A stretch of 64,000 nucleotides of DNA from Nitrososphaeraceae archaeon (GTDB lineage: Archaea; Thermoproteota; Nitrososphaeria; Nitrososphaerales; Nitrososphaeraceae), in contig DATFEP010000004.1 of the NCBI GenBank assembly GCA_035250975.1, positions 31,227 through 95,226 of the forward strand, written 5' to 3'. The notes beneath the pieces were generated by a model. That model was not told where the DNA came from, searched no databases, and saw nothing but the letters and a program-made list of their open reading frames with translations. The position numbers were made by a program, and so were the translations under genes. Shown here piece by piece: positions 47,937-57,916 of the stretch (the first letter of the stretch is position 1; each line of letters starts with the position of its first letter).

Positions 47937-50900
47937 TTACGCTATAATCTCAGTTGATCCGGAGGATTTTCCAGGATATTTGTATTTTAATATCTGAGAT
48001 ACACCGTTTTTAGGATAAACTCCATAAATTTGATCAACTTTTGAAATTGTTGAATCTTTCAATGTTACCATTATTATTTGATTTTTTCTAGCTCGTTCGA
48101 ATAAGATCCTTGACAATCTCTCTGTATTTTGTGCATCCAAGTGTGCATCAATTTCATCCATAAGATAGAATGGTGATGGTTTTATAGATTGTAATGCTAA
48201 AAGAAATACTGTTGCTGCCATTGTTTTTTCTCCCCCTGACAATGCAGTAGAATCTCTCCTAGGTTTTCCTGGGAACTGAACAACCAACCTAACACCCCCT
48301 GAAAAGACATCTTCTTGATTTTCAATTTCTAACCAAGAGTTTCCACCTATGACTGTTGAAAATGTGTGATTGATATCTTGATTGATTTTAAGAAATGCAT
48401 CCATAAACATACTCTCTTTTTCTTTATTTATTTCTTCAATAAATAATATGATAGAATTACGTTCCTTTTCCAAGTCATTTTTCCTTTCAGACATTCCTCT
48501 GTAACCTTCAATCACTTGAATATAACTTTCATTCGCTCTGAGATTTATTCTATTCTTTAATGAATCGTATTCCTCAGATAGTTCAGTTACTAATTCATCT
48601 ACGTCATAATCTTCCTCAATAATCTGTTTATATCCTAGCCAGACCAGATCATTATTTAATTTTCCTTGTTGTTCTCTTAAGTTGGAATTTTCTTTATCTA
48701 ATAATGCTATCTCTCTCTCAAACGAGTTGTATTCCCTTGAAACTCTTCTCTCATTTTCCAATAACGATTTGATTTTTTCTTCATAAGTTTGCAAAATTGA
48801 ATACGAATTTCCTGAAGCATTTATTATTTCCTGTTCTTGATCTCTTAGTGTCTTCAAATCAGTCTCTTTATTTTCGATTATTTCTTTATCTAGATTAATT
48901 GTTGATGCTTTATCTTCTAATTCTTTTTCCAGATTTCTCTTCTCTTCTTCTAATATAGATTTACGGTCAGAATGTAGTTCTCTGTCATTTCGTTGGGAGG
49001 TCGTTTTTATTGTCAGATCCTGTATTCCGTAGTTTTTCGAATCGATAATGGTTTGAAGATTGGTTCTCTCTGTATTTAGGTTATTTAATTCGTAGCTATT
49101 ATAATTTGCATCAATTTCTGATAATATATTTTGTAATTTCTTTTTAGTGTTGGATACAATTTCAAACCTAATTTCATTCTTGTAGATTTTTTCTGTAATT
49201 GAACTAGTCTCCATTTCGATTAACTTTTTTGAATTTATTTGTTGATCTAAATCATTTTGTAGTTCATAAAGATTATTTTCGTTGAATTTGAGCATTTCTT
49301 CGTGATGGTTTATGGAATTGTCCAGTTTAATCTTCATAGTTTCCATTTCGCTAGCATGCTTGACCACCTTCTTTAATTTTAGGATTTTATTTTCTAACAA
49401 TTTTTTAAGGTTAAGAATTAAATTTCTAAGGGTTTTTATATCGTTATCCAGATTTATCTCTTTTACGACATCGATAATTTTAGAATTATAGTCTATCAAT
49501 AAAGATCTTGATCTAGCTCCAAATAATTCACCCTCTATGGATACAGTTTTGTATCCATTTATAGATAAATTATATGCATCTTTTGCCGTTCGAACAACAA
49601 TTGTATTTCCAAATAAAAATTCCACCAATACTTTGAAATCTGAAGTAACAAAATTGGAAAGATGACCTATTATTCCTATGTTGTCTTCCTTTAGTATCAC
49701 CTTATCAGAAGACTTTATTAGATCGAGTGGAATGATTTTGACTCGAGGCAATTTCCTTGATTTTGCAAATTCGGCTATTTTTATCATGCTTCCCGCATCT
49801 CTTACAACTATGGCCTTCATCCATTCAGATGCTGTGGCTATTACACTTCGATGATAATTTTTATCCCATTTTATAAGGTCATGTACGATGCCTATTATAT
49901 CTAGATTCTTATTCTTTAATATCTCTGAGATGGTGAAATCTTCTGCCATTGAATTGACTAAAATAGCATTCTTTTCCTGAAATTTTAAAGAGTCTTGATC
50001 AGATTCATCTAATGTTCTTCTTGAATTTTCAAGTTCATTTCCATATTTTTTTATCTTATCTTGCAAATTTGATATCGATCTAGCTATAGTATCTCTCTCT
50101 TTTAATTGAGTCTTTAGTTTATTTTTGTGATCTGAAATTTGGAACATGCAATTGGTGATGTTGGAATTAAGTATATTTATTTTATTATAAATTTCATTAA
50201 GATGTTGGGTTTTTATTTCTAATTTCTCTTGATTGGTAACAATATGTCTTTCAAGATTGTTATATAAATTTATTAATTTGGAATTCCTATTTTCTATTTT
50301 TGATTTAAATGAAATTATCTCTGCATTTTTATTGTTTTCAATTACGATGTTTTGATCAATTTTTTTTAATAGGTTGATATTTTGGTTCTTTTCATCGTTT
50401 AGTTTCTCTATATTAATTTCAGTTAAATTAACTATCTCTTCAATACGATCTATTTTTTTATCAATATCCTCAAATGTTTCATCTATCGTTTTTAATCTGT
50501 TTTTGATTTCTGCTATTCTTGATACTGTCTGTTTATAAATGGCCTTCAATTTTTCTACTTCATAGACAATTAAAGAAATTTTATTGCTAACTTCTGCCTT
50601 TTGTTTATTCATCGTGTCTACTTGTTTTATGAATTCAATTTTTTCAACATCCAATTTTTCAGTTTCTTCTCTTAATTCCTTGAGGTTCAAAAATAATTCC
50701 ATTGACTTGTTATTTTTTCTATCTAATTCTAAATCATTTCTTGAAACTGTGTTTTCTAGTCTTTTAACCTCATTTGATATTTTTATTGCCTTGTACTTTT
50801 TAATATCTGCTTCTATGTGTTCAAATCGTAATTGTTCATTCCTTTCTATCTCTAAATCATCAATTCTCTTTCTGATTTCACCTATACGTGCCAATGCAAT

Positions 50901-51470
50901 GTCTAGTCTTCTGTCAGATTCTTCAAGTTGTGTTAATGATTCTTCTTTTTTTTCGTCAAAGTATGACAATCCTACAATATCTTCAATAATTTTCCTTCTT
51001 TCATCTGAATTTAATTCTGATATTCTGGTAATCATTCCCTGTTGTACAATGTTTAACTTATTTGGAACCGCTACAACTATCTGGAGTAATTCGGTGATCG
51101 TCGATTTAGTAACCTTCTTTCCATTCAAAAAATATTGACTGTCTCCAACAGAACCTTCCATTTCTCTTGTTAATGTTACATGATCAGAATTAATTGGAAT
51201 AGCTCTATCTTTGTTATCAAATGTAACACTTACTCTAATGAGTCTGTGTCCTTTATTTTGAGTATCATGGAACAGAGATTGAAATTTATCAACACGCAAG
51301 GATTTAGGACTATTTTCACCCAATGAAAACATTATGGCATCCAAAACATTACTTTTTCCAGAGCCATTCGGTCCTGTAACCGCTACTAGACCATTATTAA
51401 AATTGATAATAGTATTCTTAAATCCAAATGATTTAAATCCATAAATTTCAATTTTTTTTATAAAAACCAT
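47937..51470 (-). CDS. smc: Chromosome segregation protein SMC
   Basis: GFKSF, GPNGSGKSN, coiled coils with hinge, LSGGEKT, MDEIDAHLD. Confidence 0.97.
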   Translation of the reverse strand: MVFIKKIEIYGFKSFGFKNTIINFNNGLVAVTGPNGSGKSNVLDAIMFSLGENSPKSLRVDKFQSLFHDTQNKGHRLIRVSVTFDNKDRAIPINSDHVTLTREMEGSVGDSQYFLNGKKVTKSTITELLQIVVAVPNKLNIVQQGMITRISELNSDERRKIIEDIVGLSYFDEKKEESLTQLEESDRRLDIALARIGEIRKRIDDLEIERNEQLRFEHIEADIKKYKAIKISNEVKRLENTVSRNDLELDRKNNKSMELFLNLKELREETEKLDVEKIEFIKQVDTMNKQKAEVSNKISLIVYEVEKLKAIYKQTVSRIAEIKNRLKTIDETFEDIDKKIDRIEEIVNLTEINIEKLNDEKNQNINLLKKIDQNIVIENNKNAEIISFKSKIENRNSKLINLYNNLERHIVTNQEKLEIKTQHLNEIYNKINILNSNITNCMFQISDHKNKLKTQLKERDTIARSISNLQDKIKKYGNELENSRRTLDESDQDSLKFQEKNAILVNSMAEDFTISEILKNKNLDIIGIVHDLIKWDKNYHRSVIATASEWMKAIVVRDAGSMIKIAEFAKSRKLPRVKIIPLDLIKSSDKVILKEDNIGIIGHLSNFVTSDFKVLVEFLFGNTIVVRTAKDAYNLSINGYKTVSIEGELFGARSRSLLIDYNSKIIDVVKEINLDNDIKTLRNLILNLKKLLENKILKLKKVVKHASEMETMKIKLDNSINHHEEMLKFNENNLYELQNDLDQQINSKKLIEMETSSITEKIYKNEIRFEIVSNTKKKLQNILSEIDANYNSYELNNLNTERTNLQTIIDSKNYGIQDLTIKTTSQRNDRELHSDRKSILEEEKRNLEKELEDKASTINLDKEIIENKETDLKTLRDQEQEIINASGNSYSILQTYEEKIKSLLENERRVSREYNSFEREIALLDKENSNLREQQGKLNNDLVWLGYKQIIEEDYDVDELVTELSEEYDSLKNRINLRANESYIQVIEGYRGMSERKNDLEKERNSIILFIEEINKEKESMFMDAFLKINQDINHTFSTVIGGNSWLEIENQEDVFSGGVRLVVQFPGKPRRDSTALSGGEKTMAATVFLLALQSIKPSPFYLMDEIDAHLDAQNTERLSRILFERARKNQIIMVTLKDSTISKVDQIYGVYPKNGVSQILKYKYPGKSSGSTEIIA

Positions 51471-51569
51471 TTAATTGTAATTTAAAGCACTTTAATTATC
51501 TATTATATTTTTTGTTTTCTTACAGGATAATTATGAGATTTAATCTATTTATGAAATTTAACTATATTT

Positions 51570-52307
51570 TTACCCAAAACTAAATATGGAACTTTTATCC
51601 ACGATTTTGAAATTCAGTTTATTATAGAAATTCATATAATCATCGTTCAAAAGTGTATGTAGGAATACATTGCTGAAACCCTTGAGATTAGCTGTTTCCA
51701 CGGATTTTTTAATCATAGTTCTAGCAATTCCTTTATTTCTATATTCTGGGATGGTTCCTAGACAATATAAGCCCATACATCCATAATTTTCGAAAAGTAA
51801 GCAACATCCTACAGGTATTTTTCTATTAGTTTTTTCACTAACTTCTACAAGCAAAAAAATAAATCGTTCTCTATTTTTATGTAGGATCTGTTTTACATGA
51901 GTAATCCGGCTTGTTATCAGGAATGACTTACAAAATATATCATTCCAATCTTCAATGTTATTCGTCTCTTTGACATTTACGCTAGATCCTTTTTTATATA
52001 ACTTAACAATTTTACTAGGAGATACCATGGTATAAATTGTGTCGATATAATGAAAACGATTTTTTTCTAAATGTTTAATTACTTGCTTGTTCAAGTTTTG
52101 CAAATGGAAAAATCCTCTCAATGCGTTTTCTGTTAAAAAGACTTTTGAATTTGAAATGCCTTCATTTATAACCTTAGACTTTGAAGCTTTGCTTATTATC
52201 CTATTAAAAAAATAATCCTCAGGAAAATCTGAATTAACAAAAATATTTGTCGACAAATCGATCTGATAATTTTTGACCCAGTACGAACAAAATTCTAATT
52301 CGTTCAT
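51570..52307 (-). CDS. GNAT-family N-acetyltransferase (about 245 aa)
   Basis: LYCLGTIPEYRNKGIA acetyl-CoA motif, NFYNKLNF. Start moved to ATG 52307, preceded by GAGGT, 13 nt after the cysS-like stop. Confidence 0.88.
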   Translation of the reverse strand: MNELEFCSYWVKNYQIDLSTNIFVNSDFPEDYFFNRIISKASKSKVINEGISNSKVFLTENALRGFFHLQNLNKQVIKHLEKNRFHYIDTIYTMVSPSKIVKLYKKGSSVNVKETNNIEDWNDIFCKSFLITSRITHVKQILHKNRERFIFLLVEVSEKTNRKIPVGCCLLFENYGCMGLYCLGTIPEYRNKGIARTMIKKSVETANLKGFSNVFLHTLLNDDYMNFYNKLNFKIVDKSSIFSFG

Positions 52308-52320
52308 TTTATACCTCGTT

Positions 52321-53454
52321 CTAATATCTAAGTCCAAAAATTTCCACCATCTTCTTGATTTCACAATATCTTTTTTCTTTTACAGCTTCTTTTAAAACAG
52401 TAAGAGCATCTACTGTGTTAAAATCATCTGTTAAGTACTCTATGAACTTTTTTATTTTACTACTATTTTTGTCAGGAACGCTATTTTCTGAAATGAGTAT
52501 TTCGTTTATTCTATTCTCTAATTTTCTGTATTCGTTTATGCTTTTATAGGAAAAAAATAATGGATCGTGGTAATTTTCAGAATATGAATAGAGTCTTATG
52601 GTGTTAGCATTATATTTATTTAATAAATCATTAATCGAAATAAAATGTCCTGTAGATTTAGACATTTTTTTATTTTTCAGGTATACTAGTCCTACATGCA
52701 TCCAAATATTTGGGTATTTCTTCATATTTTTTATACTATAGAGAATGGAACTTATATATTCGTGATGAGGAAGAATGAGATCCGTTGCCCCACTGTGGAT
52801 ATCATACTTTCCTGAAAATATTCCAAATATAACGGAAACATCTTGAATATGCCACCATGGGACGCCATTCCCTAATTTCGAATCATTAAATAGATTCTCA
52901 AATGCATCCGAACAATTCCATAACAGAATATCTGTAGGAGATTTTTTTCCGGGATTAATATCAAACCTCATATCCTTCATTTCTTCCTTGGACAATCCTG
53001 ATAATTTAGATTTAGTTCCAAATTCTGCTTTCAGGTAAATATTTCCTAAACTGTAGTATGCTTTTTTGTCTCTAATTAGTTTTTCTATGATCCTTTTTGT
53101 GTAGTCTACGTAGTCAGACACCTTCACATAAATAAAAGAATTATTAAGACCGAGTTTCTCAAATGTGTTTAAAAAGTCTTGAATATTTTCTTCTACTAGC
53201 GATGAATATTCAACTCCTTTGTCTTTAGATCCTGCTACAATTTTTGGATCAATATCTGTGATATTGATTACCATTGTTGGTTCAATATTTCTTAATTTAA
53301 ATAATCTATAGACTAGGTCAAAAAAAAGAAAAAATCTGGCATGGCCAAAATGAATAGCATCATAAACCGTTGGACCGCATAAAAAAACCTTTATATTATT
53401 TTTTTTTGCATTTATCATCTTTTTTTTATTATTCAATTTATCAAATAATCTCAA
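52321..53454 (-). CDS. Cysteinyl-tRNA synthetase-like paralog, C-terminally short
   Basis: CGPTVYD..HFGH (HIGH), NITDID, WHIQD (canonical WHIEC), DL..PHHE, KMSKS, DDFNT; ends at 377 aa. Confidence 0.88.
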   Translation of the reverse strand: MRLFDKLNNKKKMINAKKNNIKVFLCGPTVYDAIHFGHARFFLFFDLVYRLFKLRNIEPTMVINITDIDPKIVAGSKDKGVEYSSLVEENIQDFLNTFEKLGLNNSFIYVKVSDYVDYTKRIIEKLIRDKKAYYSLGNIYLKAEFGTKSKLSGLSKEEMKDMRFDINPGKKSPTDILLWNCSDAFENLFNDSKLGNGVPWWHIQDVSVIFGIFSGKYDIHSGATDLILPHHEYISSILYSIKNMKKYPNIWMHVGLVYLKNKKMSKSTGHFISINDLLNKYNANTIRLYSYSENYHDPLFFSYKSINEYRKLENRINEILISENSVPDKNSSKIKKFIEYLTDDFNTVDALTVLKEAVKEKRYCEIKKMVEIFGLRY

Positions 53455-54060
53455 TATCTATGTACAAAAAACTGGATAAATTATAAATTTTTGTGTTTTA
53501 AGAGCTCTTACAATATGAAAATCTTTCTTAGATGATATACAAGTTTCTTTTGTATTTTAAGCTAGGTCCAAAATTAGCCTACTGGGTGTGAAAGTGAGGA
53601 TCTGACTGAACCCATATCCGAGCGACTAGAAGGTATATGGATGTTTGATTTTACAAGCAGAAAAAATAAAAAGAATGTAAACACAGCTAGAGTATATTGT
53701 CATAGATAATTGTAATGGATAATTTTTAATATTATGGTTTATAAGAGAATATTACACTTGACAGGAACATAAGGATAGGATTATACAGATGTAGATTTTC
53801 ATTGATGTCAAGTAAAAGCTATAGCAAACAACGTTCTTTTTACGTGTGATATAAAAATTACATTTGAAAGAAATAGAACATCTACGTCTATTTTAAGGCA
53901 CTTTACTTATGCCTACTTTGTCAGTCTTGAAAATATGTCTAAAATATTAGTTGTATTTAAGGATGAAAATAGGCATTACGTTGTTGAACGAAAATAGATG
54001 CAAAGATATGTTTTTATCTAGTTTGTAGCATTATTATCCTGCAATTTCATTATTCTTCTA

Positions 54061-54792
54061 ATGTCCAAGAGAAACTGGTCTGCATATAATGAATCCCTCA
54101 TAGAACGTGGTCATATCTTGATGGATATTGGATTTATTAAATCACAAAGAAGGGAACTTGCAAAGATGAACAGAAAGAAAGTTGGCAGACCGTTTTTATA
54201 TCCTGATAGTTATGTACAATTTCTAGCATTTATCAAAATTGGATTTTCTATTTCATACAGAGCAGTACAGGGAATTGTAAGAGGATTATTATAATATATC
54301 AAAATTGAGGAAATATATTTTACAAAGCTGAGAAGACGTATCAAGAAAATGTGTACTAATTTTAGAGATATTTACAACAATAACAGGATGAGTAAATCAA
54401 TAACCATTGTAATTGGTGCATCTGGTCTTACCACATCATCTAAGAAAGGTAATTACATTGAAGACAAGTGGAAGAAGGAAGGTAGAGAGTATCTCAAATT
54501 ACATATTGCAGTTGATGTAAAATCAAAACAGATAATCTTATTCAGAGTAACTAAAGGTACAGTTCATGACAACAAGAAATTTGTACCAATGATAAAAGAG
54601 ATTTCGAAACATCACAACATTGCTAAAGTATATGCAGATAAAGCATATGACAGTACAGTTAATTTCAATTTGCTAGACAAATTGCATATTGAACCTGTGA
54701 TATATATTAGAAAGAATGCTAGTGGTAGAACCAGAAAATGCAAATCAAGAAATGAACCGGTACATTATATTAAATCACTAAAGGTTTGTTAG
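54061..54792 (+). pseudogene. IS5-family (IS903/ISH1-like) transposase pseudogene
   Basis: NWSAYNESLIERG, YLKLHIAVD, HD, YADKAYDS; in-frame TAA at 54292; first catalytic Asp reads Gly (VIGASG); 3' truncated. Confidence 0.88.
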
Positions 54793-55203
54793 ATATTCAT
54801 ATTTGAGAAGAGAAAAAAATGCTCGTAATATATGATTTTATTCGTTCTCTATTTGATAAATATGGAAAAATACATTTACATCAATGGTTGTCCATGATAT
54901 CCGGGCCTGTATTTTCCAGTACGGAAAACACAAGTTGAAATCACCTCTAGAAAAAGTATGATAAAAAAAGAAATGCAGAATTTCAGGTATCATTAGTACA
55001 TTCTGATGATTGGTACTAATGACTTAATAAAAATATTAAATGAGATTTATTACGTGTGTGAATTTGCATTCAATTATTTGTCTATTCATTCATGTGTTTA
55101 CAATTTAAAAATGGTGTTTCTGAACGAAAACGAATCACTCCTAGGTTAAAGTAGCTGTAGCTGTTTTATCTTTTATCTTTTACTCTTCTTAATTTAGAAT
55201 TTG

Positions 55204-55452
55204 TCAATATTCTATAAAATGAAAATTCTTGTGGTATCTTTTTTTCACATCATTTATCACCCCCTGCAAATTATCATAATATCTTATTTCATTAGATTCT
55301 GTTCCTGTAAATTCAACGACATACTGGTCTAGAATGTTTTTATTTATGAAAATTTTTTCATTAGTTGAATCTACACTAATTTTGATTCCTTCATCATAAT
55401 CTAAATCTCTTAAGCTCAATTTTAAATCATGGAATTTCTTTTTTTGAATCAT
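55204..55452 (-). CDS. Hypothetical protein
   Basis: 82-aa ATG ORF. Confidence 0.6.
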   Translation of the reverse strand: MIQKKKFHDLKLSLRDLDYDEGIKISVDSTNEKIFINKNILDQYVVEFTGTESNEIRYYDNLQGVINDVKKRYHKNFHFIEY

Positions 55453-56035
55453 ATACTGATTATTTATTTGGTTTTAATTAAATATAGCATTAATTTATCC
55501 GATATGAATTCAAATAATCCCGCAACAGAATGTTGAGGGTCATGAACTTTCCACAACGATATATATATTCTTTAGACTGTAGCAAGAAAATCCTAAAGAT
55601 CTGGACATTCATAAAAATTTAGAATATTTTTCCTTTTCATTTTGAATAAGAATAATAAGCTGTAAAAATATAATTAGGTTACAAAATAAGTCTTTGAATA
55701 ACTCTTTTACTTTGTTTATAATGATAAACTTAAATGAACATTTAATGTTACCTTAAAGGAAAACAAATATGTTAATGCGTGTCTCAAAATAATCTCCCAA
55801 ATTCTAATTTAAATTTTTTATAAAATTATCGGAGACAATCCATATTCAAAATAAATAAAAACTTGTATATAAGATATCATAAAAATTATCTAAAAGTAAT
55901 GAAGTTTTGTATTATTATGAGCACAGCATTTGAAAAATACTAACAATAATAAATTCAACAAACTATAAGTTTTGAATATAAATAAATTATAAAAACTAGA
56001 AAATTAAATACAAAAAACAAAAAACTTTTATGGAT

Positions 56036-56341
56036 CTAATTTCTAGAAACAGCTACCTCGATGGTTGAAACATTTCTGATTCTTCCATCTTCGGATTTTA
56101 CTGATTCGGAGCCTATTTTTACAGAATCTACCTTATATCCAAGTGTATCCATTCGTTTCACAATGATTTGAGATACATCTACAGCTCTTGGGATACTTTT
56201 GCCTCTTGCTTTGATGACTACAAGCGGTTCGTTGGCCAGCTGTACTAATGTTGCTGTCACATAGGTCATCAAGGGCTTCTTGCCAATAAAAATCTCATTA
56301 CTTCTCTTTACATTTCCAGTATTTTCAATATTTGCGGTCAT
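56036..56341 (-). CDS. albA: DNA/RNA-binding protein Alba
   Basis: IFIGKKPLMTYV, IKARGKSIPRAVDV, RNVSTIEV. Confidence 0.96.
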   Translation of the reverse strand: MTANIENTGNVKRSNEIFIGKKPLMTYVTATLVQLANEPLVVIKARGKSIPRAVDVSQIIVKRMDTLGYKVDSVKIGSESVKSEDGRIRNVSTIEVAVSRN

Positions 56342-56378
56342 GCTTATAATAACTCATCTAATGTGGAATATAATGTTT

Positions 56379-56627
56379 TCAACTCTTGATATTTTTGTTA
56401 GACTCTTCGACTAATTCATTGAAAATATCGCTGATGCTATTGGGGTTTTCCCTAATCTTGGTAATGACATTGGGATCACCTACCTCATAACAATGAAGGA
56501 TGTCATCATTATCTTTGTAAAAAAGGAAGACTCTATTTTGAAAAATACAATGATACAATTCTTCTTTTATCATTATTTCAGGCTTTAATTTGATACCCTC
56601 TTGGTTAATTGTAATCGGATCATCCAA
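56379..56627 (-). CDS. Hypothetical protein upstream of Alba
   Basis: 82 aa, LYHCIF...LFYKD...LHCYEV. Confidence 0.7.
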   Translation of the reverse strand: MDDPITINQEGIKLKPEIMIKEELYHCIFQNRVFLFYKDNDDILHCYEVGDPNVITKIRENPNSISDIFNELVEESNKNIKS

Positions 56628-56743
56628 TGATAGATTAATTGGTTTGGTTCTAGAAAAGTATATCTAACCCTGATACAAGAATAATTATTTCCACAAATAT
56701 TATAACTGTGACTTTTATTTACATTAATGAATGAATTGATTTC

Positions 56744-57880
56744 ATGACATTCCGATATTTTGACGTATTATCTGAAAATAGCGATATCAGAATTATATTT
56801 CACATTGATTTTGATTATTTTTTTGCTCAATGTGAGGAAAACAGAAATCCATCCATTAAAAATTTTCCAATAATAGTGTGCGTGTATTCCGGAAGAACAA
56901 GTGATAGCGGAGTAGTTAGCACATCTAATTATGTAGCAAGAAAATATGGTGTAAAGTCTGGAATCTCAATTATGGAAGCCAAATCAAAATTAAGTTCTGT
57001 GAATAATCCGGTTTTTCTTCCAATCGATATAAAATATTATTCAGAAATTTCTAACAAAGCCATGAACATTATTAAATCTGTAGTTGATAAATGCGAAATC
57101 GTCGGCCTTGATGAATGTTACGTAGAACTTACCGAATTTTTAAATGGAGATTTTAGTAAGGCTGTAGAAATTGCTCAAATGTTAAAGACAAAACTCTATG
57201 AAAAAATTCATATCTCCTGTTCAATAGGGATATCTTATAATAAACTCTTAGCAAAAATAGGTTCAAAATATCAAAAGCCAAGTGGTTTGTTTCTTATCGA
57301 ACCAAAAAAATCTATAAATTTCATTTCAGATCTTGACATTAGTTTGATTCCTGGAATAGGGCCAAAAAATAAAAAAAAACTTTATGAAATGGGGATAAAG
57401 ACTTTCAAAGATATTTCTGTTGCTAATACGGACATGCTTAAAAAAGAATTTGGATCTGCTTGTTCTAATTATTTATGTAATTCCGCACGTGGTATAAATT
57501 ACGATCCTGTAAAAAGTGATAATGATATAAAACAGATTGTTAGAATAAAAACTTTAAAAGAAAATTCTCATGATGTTGAATATTTTAAATTTGAACTACA
57601 CAAATTATGTAACTCGATTCTAGAAAAATTAACTCAAAGAAATTTATTTTTTAAAACGTTGGCTTTAATTTTTATAAGCGAGACGTTTGAAATCAAAACA
57701 AAATCTAGAACATTAAGGATTCCTAGTCAAGATCCCCATGAGTTATTCATTAATGCTGAAATTATTTTAAATGATTTTATTTCAGCTAATCAAGATGTTC
57801 ACATAAGAAGATTGGGTATTAAAGTGTTGGATCTTAAAGATAAATCTGGACAGAGTACGCTTTTAAATTTTATAGAGTGA
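56744..57880 (+). CDS. dinB: Y-family DNA polymerase IV (Dpo4/DinB)
   Basis: HIDFDYFFAQ, NYVARKYGV, GLDECY, KPSG, IPGIG, C-terminal PIP box QSTLLNF. Confidence 0.95.
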   Translation: MTFRYFDVLSENSDIRIIFHIDFDYFFAQCEENRNPSIKNFPIIVCVYSGRTSDSGVVSTSNYVARKYGVKSGISIMEAKSKLSSVNNPVFLPIDIKYYSEISNKAMNIIKSVVDKCEIVGLDECYVELTEFLNGDFSKAVEIAQMLKTKLYEKIHISCSIGISYNKLLAKIGSKYQKPSGLFLIEPKKSINFISDLDISLIPGIGPKNKKKLYEMGIKTFKDISVANTDMLKKEFGSACSNYLCNSARGINYDPVKSDNDIKQIVRIKTLKENSHDVEYFKFELHKLCNSILEKLTQRNLFFKTLALIFISETFEIKTKSRTLRIPSQDPHELFINAEIILNDFISANQDVHIRRLGIKVLDLKDKSGQSTLLNFIE

Positions 57881-57916
57881 CCTTTACTATGCAAATTTTA
57901 TATACTTTTTTATATT

